Shown here: positions 19,962 through 28,955 of the stretch, piece after piece
Numbering within the stretch: the stretch's first letter is position 1
How the letters are laid out: every line of letters starts with the position of its first letter
IMG/VR virus record: IMGVR_UViG_3300042147_000020
Location: 62,001-126,000 of that record
Reading direction: 5' to 3' (one strand)
DNA: 64,000 nt
Program-made: the position numbers and the translations under genes
Notes under the pieces: model-generated
The model's database searches: none
What the model was told of the DNA's origin: nothing
The model's input: the letters and a program-made list of their open reading frames with translations, nothing else

Positions 19962-22182
19962 CTGGTGAGGCTTCGATGAAGTCCGATACAAGCTTGGTGT
20001 TATTGTCGTTAGACAGGAAAACGCCGAGTGATTCCAAAATCAGATAGAACGGACGCACAGTCGAGTACACGAGTTTACGGATGTTCATTGCAGACAGTAC
20101 TTCAGTCGGCAGGCCAGTCAGCTCCACCACATCTTTCGGCAACAGCAAAGTAGTCGCGTTAGGTTTCCCTTCGTACTGCGATGCTAGAGCTGCTTTGATG
20201 TGCGGGTCTTGAATACCTTCAATCCAACCAGCAATGGCTGTCTTGTTCGGTAGATCCAGCGAAACCTTGATTGCAGCGTACGGTGGCTTTGGGGCCTCGC
20301 CGTATTTATCACGGAACACACGTTCCCACAAGAGGTAGTGTTGATACGGTGATTGTCCAGCGTTGACGTAAGCGCCAGCATCTTTTACAGAAGCCCGAGC
20401 GAGGTACTTGGACTCAGCTCTCATCACCGAACTAATAATACCGTGTTCGATGTCAGCAACTTTCTGCATGATGTCGGTGATACGGATCTTTTGTCCAGCC
20501 ATCACGTTGTCCATGATACCACACATGGTGGCCGTCACTTCCTTCATGATGTTCGGTGGGCAGTTAGAGTCTTTGAGGTAAACCCCTTTGATCTCTTCTT
20601 CCAGCTCACTGAAGACGTTACCTTCTTTGGCAGCCTTGTAGGCGAAGTAGTGCTTAGCCATCGAAGTCAAACTGAAGACCGAGAATGCAAACTCGTTCTT
20701 CATAGCGAACACGTTGATCTTGTCCGGCACTACACCCAGCGTTGCGGACAGTTGAGCCAGAACGTGGATGATCGACTGAGTCGCCAGATACACCATGGTG
20801 TAGTTCACAGCAAAGGCTTCTTCGCTGAAGTCTACCTTACCACAGTACCACTGAACCCAGTTCTGTACGGTGAAGATCGTCGAGTCAGTGTCGGAGGTGA
20901 TGGCCACCTGACGCACAGAGTCACGAATCCAGGCTACCGAAGCAGGCATGTTGTCCGTTACCCAGAACGCGTTGATCAGGTAGACGTAGTCATTCAGCAC
21001 TTGGTGGATGTTCTTCACCGTAGCACCGATGATGCAGTAGTCATCAGGACGCTGTTCCAACAACTTACCCAGACCCAGACCACCCAGCTCGTTGGAGCAC
21101 AGTAGGCTCACGAACGCTTTGAGGTCGTTGTCCATAGCCTTGATGTAGGACTTGGCTTCTTCCAGCTCAATGCCGATTGTAGCCTTGGTGGACAGACGTG
21201 CCATGAACACACGCATCGGTAGGTCGTTGAACTTAGACAGGTGCCACATGTCACCGACGTAAGCAAACGCCGAGCGCTCGAGGTCATTCAGACCTTCTAC
21301 CAGCAAGCGGATCTCAGCGACTTGACGCTTGTTCACCCAGTAGTGTTGCGTGGAGTACACAATCAACTCCATCACTTCATCTACAGTGGGTGCCCGTAGA
21401 CCGTAAAGCTCCATGGTCTTTTTGATCAAGTCGTAATCAACGTGACCAATGATGCTGACAATGTTAGCCTTCACCACGTCTGGAGACCAGTAGTGTCGGT
21501 TACCGGCCAAGAACTTCTCGTTGTTAGCATTGCCCAAGCTGGTACCTACCCGACAGGTAGATGTCAGACTAGAGTGTGCAGACTTGTTGTGGAGGATCGT
21601 GGAAGCCGAAGCTTGACCGCCAGACAGACTGTTGTTCGCAATCTTGTACGTGGTCTGTTCGTTTTCCTTGAGGTCTTCCAGTTCACCCATGGTCGCCGCT
21701 TGACGATTCATGAAACGAGCTTGAACTGTGTCACCTGCTTTCAAGAACTCTTCAGCTTTGAGTTTGAACTCTTGGCCAGCCATCTTGGCTTCCAGACCTT
21801 CATGCTTCACCTTACCACGACCGACGATGTTGCCGGTGATGTATTCTGAGAGCAGGGAAGGTAGGACATCAGGGTGTTCGTAGACTGTCATGCTTGGTGC
21901 AAACAGCCAACGGTTCTGAATGATGTCTTTCAGGTACTGCGTGAAAGTGGTTTCATGTTGACCACGATCACCCACTTCATTGCGATGTAAGCAAAGTAGT
22001 GCAGGGTCGACTATTTCAAACTTCCCCCCAGGGCCAGTCTGACGCTGTACGTAAGCCACACAGTCTTCAATCGGTTTACCTGTACGTTTGCTTAGGAAAA
22101 TCGCCATGTCCCGTCGATAGTTCCCTACGACGTCCAGATCACGCTTATACGCGGACGCTGGCTTAACAAAATGGTTCTCCAT
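19954..22182 (-). CDS. Family B DNA polymerase, polymerase-domain subunit (phiKZ gp50-like, split enzyme)
   Basis: 742 aa. KIANNSLSG (motif B) and TSDTDST (motif C), plus KHYFA and EIKGV. Confidence 0.88.
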   Translation of the reverse strand: MENHFVKPASAYKRDLDVVGNYRRDMAIFLSKRTGKPIEDCVAYVQRQTGPGGKFEIVDPALLCLHRNEVGDRGQHETTFTQYLKDIIQNRWLFAPSMTVYEHPDVLPSLLSEYITGNIVGRGKVKHEGLEAKMAGQEFKLKAEEFLKAGDTVQARFMNRQAATMGELEDLKENEQTTYKIANNSLSGGQASASTILHNKSAHSSLTSTCRVGTSLGNANNEKFLAGNRHYWSPDVVKANIVSIIGHVDYDLIKKTMELYGLRAPTVDEVMELIVYSTQHYWVNKRQVAEIRLLVEGLNDLERSAFAYVGDMWHLSKFNDLPMRVFMARLSTKATIGIELEEAKSYIKAMDNDLKAFVSLLCSNELGGLGLGKLLEQRPDDYCIIGATVKNIHQVLNDYVYLINAFWVTDNMPASVAWIRDSVRQVAITSDTDSTIFTVQNWVQWYCGKVDFSEEAFAVNYTMVYLATQSIIHVLAQLSATLGVVPDKINVFAMKNEFAFSVFSLTSMAKHYFAYKAAKEGNVFSELEEEIKGVYLKDSNCPPNIMKEVTATMCGIMDNVMAGQKIRITDIMQKVADIEHGIISSVMRAESKYLARASVKDAGAYVNAGQSPYQHYLLWERVFRDKYGEAPKPPYAAIKVSLDLPNKTAIAGWIEGIQDPHIKAALASQYEGKPNATTLLLPKDVVELTGLPTEVLSAMNIRKLVYSTVRPFYLILESLGVFLSNDNNTKLVSDFIEASPAA

Positions 22183-22274
22183 TACAACTCCTAAGCTTGA
22201 GGTCTCTACATTCTATTGGCCGGGTACGGATTTTAATACTTAAGGGCATAACAGGGCGGTGACCCGCCCCGCTA

Positions 22275-22892
22275 TCAATCAGCAATGGCTTCTTCAGGTT
22301 CGGCTTTCTCAGCCACTACCTTAATAGTCCATTCTTCAAACAGGCTGCTGATCTTGGCCTTTTCTTCGTCCGTGCGTTTGGCAGGTTGGTTAACAATCAC
22401 CTGCTTCATCGGGAACGGGAACTTCGGCAGTTCAGTCTCGGCGTTGGGAACTTCCAAGTCGATCTTGATCCACGGGTGACGCTCACCAGACTGCGTGGTG
22501 TACACGTCTACTTCCCACTTCAGGTCAGTGCCTTCGATTGGGAAGAGGTAGCGGATCTTGTTCAATCCCTTGTCGGCGAAGAAGCGGTATTGCTCGAAGA
22601 AGTCCTTAGAGCAAATCTGCTCTACCTCTTTCTTACCGAGTTCCCCAGGAGTCTTGGTCTTGACGCACATCTGGTACGTCTGGTTGTCGATGGCCCGGAC
22701 ACGACACTGAGCAAAGCTACCCTCACCGGTATCGCGGTAAGATTCCCACTGCTCTTGCTGCTCCTTACCACCGGCTTGTTCGATCCAGTCCCAGTTCTGG
22801 ACTTCGCCAAAGAAGGCGTATTCGATCTCTTGCTGTACCGCTCCATCAGCACCGTCTTCCAGTGAGATGTTCAAACGTCTTAATGACGACAT
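22275..22892 (-). CDS. CYTH-domain (triphosphate tunnel metalloenzyme) protein
   Basis: ExE motif EIEY, K.R..F, WEVDVY and IDLEV. Start at 22892 with GGAG RBS. Confidence 0.75.
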   Translation of the reverse strand: MSSLRRLNISLEDGADGAVQQEIEYAFFGEVQNWDWIEQAGGKEQQEQWESYRDTGEGSFAQCRVRAIDNQTYQMCVKTKTPGELGKKEVEQICSKDFFEQYRFFADKGLNKIRYLFPIEGTDLKWEVDVYTTQSGERHPWIKIDLEVPNAETELPKFPFPMKQVIVNQPAKRTDEEKAKISSLFEEWTIKVVAEKAEPEEAIAD

Positions 22893-22911
22893 AAAAACTC
22901 CAAAATGGACA

Positions 22912-22942
22912 AAGAAAAAAGATAGGGGCCGAAGCCCCGTAT
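22912..22942 (-). terminator. Intrinsic terminator
   Basis: Minus strand GGGGC-TTCG-GCCCC followed by a T-tract. Confidence 0.8.
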
Positions 22943-23028
22943 CTAATCCCACCAACCAAGAACCAACAACCCAAGCTAGTCCTAATGGCGACACGGCCCA
23001 ACGTGTCATAGATTAAGGAGACCAGTAT

Positions 23029-23439
23029 TTAATTACCGGCGGTGAGTTCTACTTGGTTGTAGCCGTTCGAACCCAACAGTGCCAGAATCTGATCCCAGTC
23101 GGAAGGCTTGACCCCAGAGATCTTGGCGTTGATCACCGTGTAGTCAGACAACACGATGCTCGATTCCTTGATCCACGGGAGACCTAGGATCTGGCGTTGA
23201 CCCGACGGGAACTCGATCCGTACGTACAGGTAGGCGTCAGGGTCGTTCGGCGTACCGCTTGGCAGTGAACCGAATACGTTGGCGTGGATCTCATCGACCC
23301 CAGTACCCAAGTCGCGGGCAGTGGACGAATCAATCACAGCCAGAACCTTGACGTTCTTGAATTGCGAGTTCAGTACAGCAGTCGGCCAGACCGAGAAACT
23401 CACAACAGATTTCTGAACCAACAAGTCTTGTGTAGCCAT
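23029..23439 (-). CDS. Conserved hypothetical protein upstream of DNA polymerase
   Basis: 136 aa, GGAG RBS, biased codons. Confidence 0.75.
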   Translation of the reverse strand: MATQDLLVQKSVVSFSVWPTAVLNSQFKNVKVLAVIDSSTARDLGTGVDEIHANVFGSLPSGTPNDPDAYLYVRIEFPSGQRQILGLPWIKESSIVLSDYTVINAKISGVKPSDWDQILALLGSNGYNQVELTAGN

Positions 23440-23882
23440 GGGTGTTGAAACTCCTTGAACTCTACCATGATCAACCCATGTGAGTTGATCAGTTTGATGG
23501 AATGAAGAGTACCCCTAACGAGTCGCCGGTAAAGTAGTTCCTCACGTATTCTCTCGACTGTCTCCCAGAATAGCACTAGGAGGTCGTGATCTAACGTTTC
23601 GGTGTCGAGATCGAATGGATCTTCTAACCCTAGGACCGTACTCACCAACAGTTCAAAATCTTGAGTCCGGTCTTCTTCTTCGCCTAAAACGTCGAAGTTG
23701 TCAGGACAAATCATTTTGAATATCTTCAGGGCCTCAATTAAGTTGGTGGACACAAAAGCAGCACGACCCACGATAACCTCACTTAGCCAATAAATTCCAG
23801 GATAATGGTGGAACTCACCAGCGACTGGAAACGGTACATCAGTTGACCGTTCGGTTTGTAGAGCTTCATCTGTGTCATACAC
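23400..23882 (-). CDS. Hypothetical protein (small-gene array)
   Basis: 160 aa in an overlapping operon. Confidence 0.65.
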   Translation of the reverse strand: MYDTDEALQTERSTDVPFPVAGEFHHYPGIYWLSEVIVGRAAFVSTNLIEALKIFKMICPDNFDVLGEEEDRTQDFELLVSTVLGLEDPFDLDTETLDHDLLVLFWETVERIREELLYRRLVRGTLHSIKLINSHGLIMVEFKEFQHPWLHKTCWFRNLL

Positions 23883-24136
23883 TTCAGAAGACTCAGTCCG
23901 TATTGCTTCAAAGCGTTGGCCATGATCTCACCATCAGTGGTGAACACACCGTCTACGGCTTTGGAATTCAACACTAACAAACAGTAACGATCTAACTCGC
24001 TCATGTTATTACCGTCAGACAAGTGAGTAATTACATTTCGGGTCTCTTGGAGTAGGTCGTACCCCACCACTTCCATCATCGACATAGTAGTGCGGAACTG
24101 CTTTACGGCAGCGGCGCTATTCAGTGCGACATTCAT
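23783..24136 (-). CDS. Hypothetical protein (small-gene array)
   Basis: 117 aa, GAG RBS. Confidence 0.65.
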   Translation of the reverse strand: MNVALNSAAAVKQFRTTMSMMEVVGYDLLQETRNVITHLSDGNNMSELDRYCLLVLNSKAVDGVFTTDGEIMANALKQYGLSLLKCMTQMKLYKPNGQLMYRFQSLVSSTIILEFIG

Positions 24137-24175
24137 AATTCACTCGTCATAAAACGAGGAGTGCCGCAACACTCC

Positions 24176-24592
24176 TCAATAGTAAGATTCAACCAGCACG
24201 TTACCACCAATCCATTGACGGGTTAGGCGATACCCGAATCCTGGGGTTTTGAAGTATTGACTCGTCATGTCAGAGATCAGCATGTGAATCTCTAAGGCTA
24301 GGTTCGTCAGGTTGTGGAGGGCGATGGCTTCATCGTCAGTCAGTTCACAGAGGTTCTGTTGCCCTTTAACATTACAAAGGAAGTGATCCTCTATAATGCC
24401 CATCACTGTCCACGTCTTATCGTACCGTACGTGGAGGTCAGAGATGCTGAAGGAGAGTTCGGCTAGCCCTTTAAGGCTCACCTCATGCTCCAACAGATAG
24501 GGCTCGAGATGCCAGTAGTCCCGGAGGATACGACTCACCGGGATCAAGATTGGATTTGAACGCACAATTTTAAAATCGCTCATGATAGTCAC
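24176..24592 (-). CDS. Hypothetical protein (small-gene array)
   Basis: 138 aa. Confidence 0.65.
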   Translation of the reverse strand: MTIMSDFKIVRSNPILIPVSRILRDYWHLEPYLLEHEVSLKGLAELSFSISDLHVRYDKTWTVMGIIEDHFLCNVKGQQNLCELTDDEAIALHNLTNLALEIHMLISDMTSQYFKTPGFGYRLTRQWIGGNVLVESYY

Positions 24593-24610
24593 TCACTCGA
24601 GTGCATTCGC

Positions 24611-24982
24611 TTAACAACGAGTCAGGTCTACGTAGTGTCCGTGGTTAGGATTCAACCGTAGATCGAAGTCGTAGTTCCCGTGCTTGATGATCGGTTTCAG
24701 GTAACGTGCTACCATTGCCTGTGCCCGCAAGTAGTTATCTTCGTATGCCAACAGTTGGGCCTTGTGGACCCTGAAGTATGCGTACTCCAGTTCCGTCAGG
24801 TGCTGCACCAAGAAGTCATCCATGGAGCAGATCACACTGGCATCGTAGTCGCTAGGGTCGCGGGTGAGTTCCCCATAGATCACGCTACTAAGGAACTCGT
24901 CACGATCAACCCCGAGTTGGTCCAGAATGTCTTTATCCACTGGTGGTAGTAAAGCATCCCGGATATACAAACGCATGGACAT
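24611..24982 (-). CDS. Hypothetical protein (small-gene array)
   Basis: 123 aa, AGGAG RBS. Confidence 0.7.
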   Translation of the reverse strand: MSMRLYIRDALLPPVDKDILDQLGVDRDEFLSSVIYGELTRDPSDYDASVICSMDDFLVQHLTELEYAYFRVHKAQLLAYEDNYLRAQAMVARYLKPIIKHGNYDFDLRLNPNHGHYVDLTRC

Positions 24983-24983
24983 G

Positions 24984-25478
24984 TCAGACTCCTAGGTATT
25001 CTCGCAAGCCTGATGCTACCCAGTCACCGTTCTCCAAACTGCTCTCTACATCCTTCCTCAGGAGTTCGATGTGGTTCTGGGGGTTGTGGGGGCGACACCG
25101 TGCTAATTGTAACAGCTTGATGTCACCTCGTGGGGTCAGGTCAAAGTGCCAACTCCAATCGTCAGCATTCTCTTTGATCATTCTCCAGATGTAACGCTTA
25201 ATGAAATCAATAGCTTCTTCAACCATATCCTCCACTTCATCTTGAGGGATCTTGTCGGAGTAGCTACGGATCTGATTTACCACAATCTCGCGGGCTGCCA
25301 TCACGTTGCCGTAAAAGCAGTTCTCCACCGTACCAGAGAGAATCCCCATCAGGTTCAGGTAGTTAGCACCCACACCCAAGTATGGACGTAGGCGGCCTTC
25401 TAGCTGCTTAATGATTGGTGTCCCAGGTATGACGTACGTCGCCGCGAGAGTAATGCCAATCCCAAATTCGGTAGTCAC
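24984..25478 (-). CDS. Hypothetical protein (small-gene array)
   Basis: 164 aa. Confidence 0.7.
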   Translation of the reverse strand: MTTEFGIGITLAATYVIPGTPIIKQLEGRLRPYLGVGANYLNLMGILSGTVENCFYGNVMAAREIVVNQIRSYSDKIPQDEVEDMVEEAIDFIKRYIWRMIKENADDWSWHFDLTPRGDIKLLQLARCRPHNPQNHIELLRKDVESSLENGDWVASGLREYLGV

Positions 25479-25950
25479 CTTTGAACTCCAGCATCAAGTT
25501 ATTGCCTAAAGGCTTGATCACGCAGACTTTCCACGTAGGTTCAGTCAGTAGCTTCATCATGATCTGGTTAACCCCACCCGCAATCGGATCGAGGACTTGG
25601 TTGTCCAGTTCAGAGAAGAAGCAGTCACCTTCACCACGGGAGACAGGAACCCCGATCGTCTGCTCGTAGCCAGGCATCAGTCGAGCCAGTGCACCAGCGA
25701 TGTAACCTACTTCAAAGAATTCACGAGGGTAGTCACCAAATACTCGGGTCAGCTTACGAGTGTTCATTTCCAGCTCATACCACTGGAACCAATGACGCAG
25801 TTCCCGACAGACAATCGCTTGCGCCAACAGACGACACTTGTTGACAGTGATATTAGGCACCATCTCAGGATGGCCGACCGATAACAAGAAGTTATCAAAG
25901 TGATACTTCAGGGTTAGCGCTGTAGCATCAACAGGGAATAGGAAGTTCAT
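25408..25950 (-). CDS. Hypothetical protein (small-gene array)
   Basis: 180 aa, AAGG RBS. Confidence 0.7.
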   Translation of the reverse strand: MNFLFPVDATALTLKYHFDNFLLSVGHPEMVPNITVNKCRLLAQAIVCRELRHWFQWYELEMNTRKLTRVFGDYPREFFEVGYIAGALARLMPGYEQTIGVPVSRGEGDCFFSELDNQVLDPIAGGVNQIMMKLLTEPTWKVCVIKPLGNNLMLEFKGDYRIWDWHYSRGDVRHTWDTNH

Positions 25951-25960
25951 TGGGTAGCCT

Positions 25961-26323
25961 TTAAAGGTACAGATACAAACCCGAGGGTCTGATCATCAAC
26001 GTCAATTCACCTTCTGGAATCAAGTGGTGGTTACACGCCTTGATCTTTCGGTAAAGCTGAGTACGTAACAAGTTTTGCTTGTCTAACTGGTGGATGAGTT
26101 TGTACACGTCTGTTGGAGCTGTGTCCTCTTGGAACATCAACAGCAGCGTACTTTCGATGCAGTCTTTGAGCCACGTTGTTTCGATGGTGATCATCAACCA
26201 CTGTGGATCGTGTTGGTGTAATAGATGTCGAAACTGGGGAGTACTCAACGCATCCCTGATCTCGCAGTGGAGCATGACCTGCATGTTGCGGTAATCGGTT
26301 ACTAACTGAAAGTCCATAGCCAC
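25961..26323 (-). CDS. Hypothetical protein, paralogue of 26327..26683
   Basis: 120 aa, C-terminus LMIRPSGLYLYL. Confidence 0.75.
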   Translation of the reverse strand: MAMDFQLVTDYRNMQVMLHCEIRDALSTPQFRHLLHQHDPQWLMITIETTWLKDCIESTLLLMFQEDTAPTDVYKLIHQLDKQNLLRTQLYRKIKACNHHLIPEGELTLMIRPSGLYLYL

Positions 26324-26326
26324 TCC

Positions 26327-26683
26327 CTAACTGTACAAGTACAACCCCGTAGGCTTGATGTGTAAGGATATAGTCTCGTGGAACTTCCTTGGTGTAATGT
26401 ATCTTGCTATACGTTTACGCAGAAGATGATCACGATCCAAGAAGCGCAAGACCCCATGAAGCACATTGATAAAATGAGAGGAGTAGTGGTGTTCCACTCT
26501 GATCCCCGTGAGTTCTTCAATGGTCTCCGTTAGCCAGAGGTGTTCAATTAGCTCCACCAGTTCTTCGTAGTCTCCGAAGGCTTGGGTGAGGTATTGAAAC
26601 TTGACCATCCCTAGTGCCACATCAATGTCATCCCTGAGGTGCACTTGAATCTGCCGAAACCCCATAACGAATTGAAGCCGCAT
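26327..26683 (-). CDS. Hypothetical protein, paralogue of 25961..26323
   Basis: 118 aa, C-terminus LHIKPTGLYLYS. Confidence 0.75.
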   Translation of the reverse strand: MRLQFVMGFRQIQVHLRDDIDVALGMVKFQYLTQAFGDYEELVELIEHLWLTETIEELTGIRVEHHYSSHFINVLHGVLRFLDRDHLLRKRIARYITPRKFHETISLHIKPTGLYLYS

Positions 26684-26715
26684 GATTCTAACCTTTCTGA
26701 AGGTTTGTTCAATTG

Positions 26716-26733
26716 GATAATATAGGTCTCAAA
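26716..26733 (-). promoter_or_regulatory. Early promoter driving the small-gene array
   Basis: Minus strand TTTGAGACCTATATTATC. Confidence 0.7.
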
Positions 26734-26859
26734 CTAATTAGGATGACCCCTATGCCCTTCTACTCTATACTATCTGGGGTTGGTGTGAACTTATACACGG
26801 AGTCGCTCACAGAGGCTCACAGAGGGCATAAAGCCCCTCACCGGATAACCAGCAAGGGG

Positions 26860-27670
26860 CTCGATGCTTTACACTGCCGTCGGTCGGCTATCTGTGAGTG
26901 GAGTCAGGTCCCCTCTCGGCCAACCTAGTGGGGTCGGAGTAGCCAGGCGTGTTTTCCCACCGAGCGCCCCTGACGGCGACAAGGATTACGGCTAGAACGT
27001 ACGCACCCCTCCAAATGCCCGGCTCGGCTGGTAAAGGTAGGATTCCAATGCGTACGCGATTTACTTAAAGTAAACCCCCTAATGAATTACCCTGTGTCTG
27101 GCCAGACCAAAGGAGCAACACATTAGAGGCTGCACTTTACCAGACGGCTGCCATATAGAGGCTGCGCACCGGTTTGTTACAACTTGAGCCCTTCGCGGGG
27201 GCCCCGTACCTTTTGTCTTACTGGTCGAGTGCGAGTCAACCTATACGACTTCCTGTTATACGTCCGGTTATCCAAGGTTAGGTTGCGGACGCCCCACCCT
27301 TGCCGGGCAGAGATACGTGATCTCCCGCGCTCGCAGGAGACGACGATTTAAGACCCCTGATCCTACCGGCTCTCTGGACAGAGTAGTCACTAGGTTTTGA
27401 CCGTGGTCAGGGGAATTCAAGCTACCCTCTCTCTTAGAGCTGTCTACACTTACACAATGACTCGGGTTAGACCCAAGGTCGTGATTTGGGGTTTGGTCCT
27501 AAAAGTAGTAACCATTCCTACGACAGACAGGGGATTAGCCTGTGAGGGTACAACTTAGGGTGAGTGGGAAAGCCTAAACCTTCCAGACAGTAGTGTGACC
27601 CGACGGGTTGGAGTCACCTGTCCTAGTGGGTAGATAAAGTCCACTTGGCGTTACCGCTACACTCACTTGG
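26860..27670 (-). ncRNA. Candidate large structured non-coding RNA (~800 nt)
   Basis: No credible CDS over ~1 kb. Many hairpins, long-range helices and a crossing helix. Followed by a terminator-like hairpin at ~26825-26870. Confidence 0.6.
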
Positions 27671-27673
27671 GGT

Positions 27674-28126
27674 TTAACGACCGCACCAACTCTTCTTGGT
27701 GCCACCGTCGTACGCAACTGCAAGACCATTCTTGATCAGCAGTTGTGCGATGTCTATGTCATCCACCATCACTGTGGAGACGATGCGGAAGTACTTATCA
27801 CGTTCAGGGTTCACCAGTGTAATCTGGTTGGCTGCGTCGATGTACTTCTTCAGCAACAGTCGGGCTTGACGTGCTTTGGCTTTCTCAGCTTCTTGCTCAG
27901 CGACTACTTTACAAGTGCTACGCATTTCAGGAGTATCAATCCCAGCCAAGCGAATCCCGATGTTCTTTCCGAAGAGGTCAGGAACCTCAGGGATGTTCAC
28001 ATAGAGAGTATCGCCATCGTAAATCCTAACCACTTGGGACGACTTCAGGTTGAAGTCCCCGAAGGCAAAGACGCTGAATGAAGCCAGCATCAGTACCAAT
28101 GTTGCCACAATGTTTCTAACCTTCAT
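27674..28126 (-). CDS. Thermonuclease (SNase-like) with N-terminal signal peptide
   Basis: VVRIYDGDTL, IRLAGIDTPE and DKYFRI motifs. MKVRNIVATLVLMLASFSVFA is a Sec-type signal. Confidence 0.88.
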   Translation of the reverse strand: MKVRNIVATLVLMLASFSVFAFGDFNLKSSQVVRIYDGDTLYVNIPEVPDLFGKNIGIRLAGIDTPEMRSTCKVVAEQEAEKAKARQARLLLKKYIDAANQITLVNPERDKYFRIVSTVMVDDIDIAQLLIKNGLAVAYDGGTKKSWCGR

Positions 28127-28184
28127 ACTAAACTCCAAGGGATATAGGACATACTATCCTTGGGTCGTCTGTAGGCTTCTTAAA

Positions 28185-28380
28185 GGGTGCCTTCTCTCTA
28201 CGTCGGGAAGGTTTATGTTCCGTTGCGCAGTACCATGACCTCGTTTGACCGAGAGAAGACATTACTCTTTACCCCATTAGTTCCCCTAGTTCTGATTACC
28301 CTGCGCGTCAGGTCGGTCGTAACTAGGGTAGGCGCGACAATGGCGCCTCGTTTTACTTCTGTTCCCTAAGGAACCTTCTA
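28185..28380 (-). ncRNA. Candidate structured RNA (~190 nt) downstream of a tRNA-like element
   Basis: No credible ORF. Minus-strand helices CCCTAGTT/AACTAGGG, GGCGC/GCGCC and CTGA/TCAG. Confidence 0.35.
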
Positions 28381-28381
28381 A

Positions 28382-28510
28382 TGGGCATCCCCGACAAGCC
28401 TCGAACTTGCGACCTCCAGCGCTCCTCTCGTTAAACCATCTTCACTACTGGAGAGTTAATGATGGAACTTGAGGTTGGACTGGTGCTCTAACCGACTGAG
28501 CTACGGGGAC
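28382..28510 (-). ncRNA. tRNA-like RNA with a 58-nt insert in place of the anticodon loop
   Basis: Acceptor GTCCCCG/CGGGGAT, D arm GCTC/GAGC, T arm GCAAG-TTCGAGG-CTTGT. Stem CCAGT/GCTGG encloses 58 nt. Ends G-CCCA. Confidence 0.8.
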
Positions 28511-28519
28511 GACTACAAA

Positions 28520-28607
28520 TGGCGGAAGAACAGAGATTCGAACTCTGGGGGCTGTTACACCCGACGGTTTTCAAGACCGTTGCCTTAAACCACTCGGCCA
28601 TCCTTCC
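28520..28607 (-). tRNA. trnS: tRNA-Ser(TGA)
   Basis: Cloverleaf with long variable arm, loop CT-TGA-AA, G73-CCA. Confidence 0.95.
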
Positions 28608-28611
28608 AAAA

Positions 28612-28955
28612 CAAGCCTCGATACTATTCCTCGAGGAAGTCACCGTACAGCCAAGGCGTTAGCTGTAATCCATTGGGAACTGAGCAAGAGTCGAATGGAA
28701 CTCGAAGTCAACATGCTCACTCCATCACTTCGGGACGGAGCACTCACCACCTGTCGTGTAGCCAGTGGATTTGTGGTTGGGTGACACCAGGCAGGGCAGG
28801 CGCTCGGTGTTTGGTCTCGTCGCTCGGTACCACCAAGTCATGCTGAGTTGCCACACGAAGCTCTCTTCTGTAGGCTGTAACAATCCCTACTCGAACCTAT
28901 GAGCCTCGGTCTCAGTGCATTGATAAATGCTATCGACAAGATTTGTGGGCTTAAG
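28612..28955 (-). ncRNA. Candidate structured RNA (~340 nt) in the tRNA leader
   Basis: No ORF. End pairing AAGCC/GGCTT and TCGAT/ATCGA. Hairpins TGAGC/GCTCA, TACAGC/GCTGTA and CTCC/GGAG. Confidence 0.4.

Noticed and set aside
28416-28480. Group I or archaeal-type intron explanation for the tRNA inserts
   Set aside because: Inserts of 42-88 nt are too short for group I, no P7 motifs are present, and removal does not obviously restore a U33-containing 7-nt loop. Not formally excluded.
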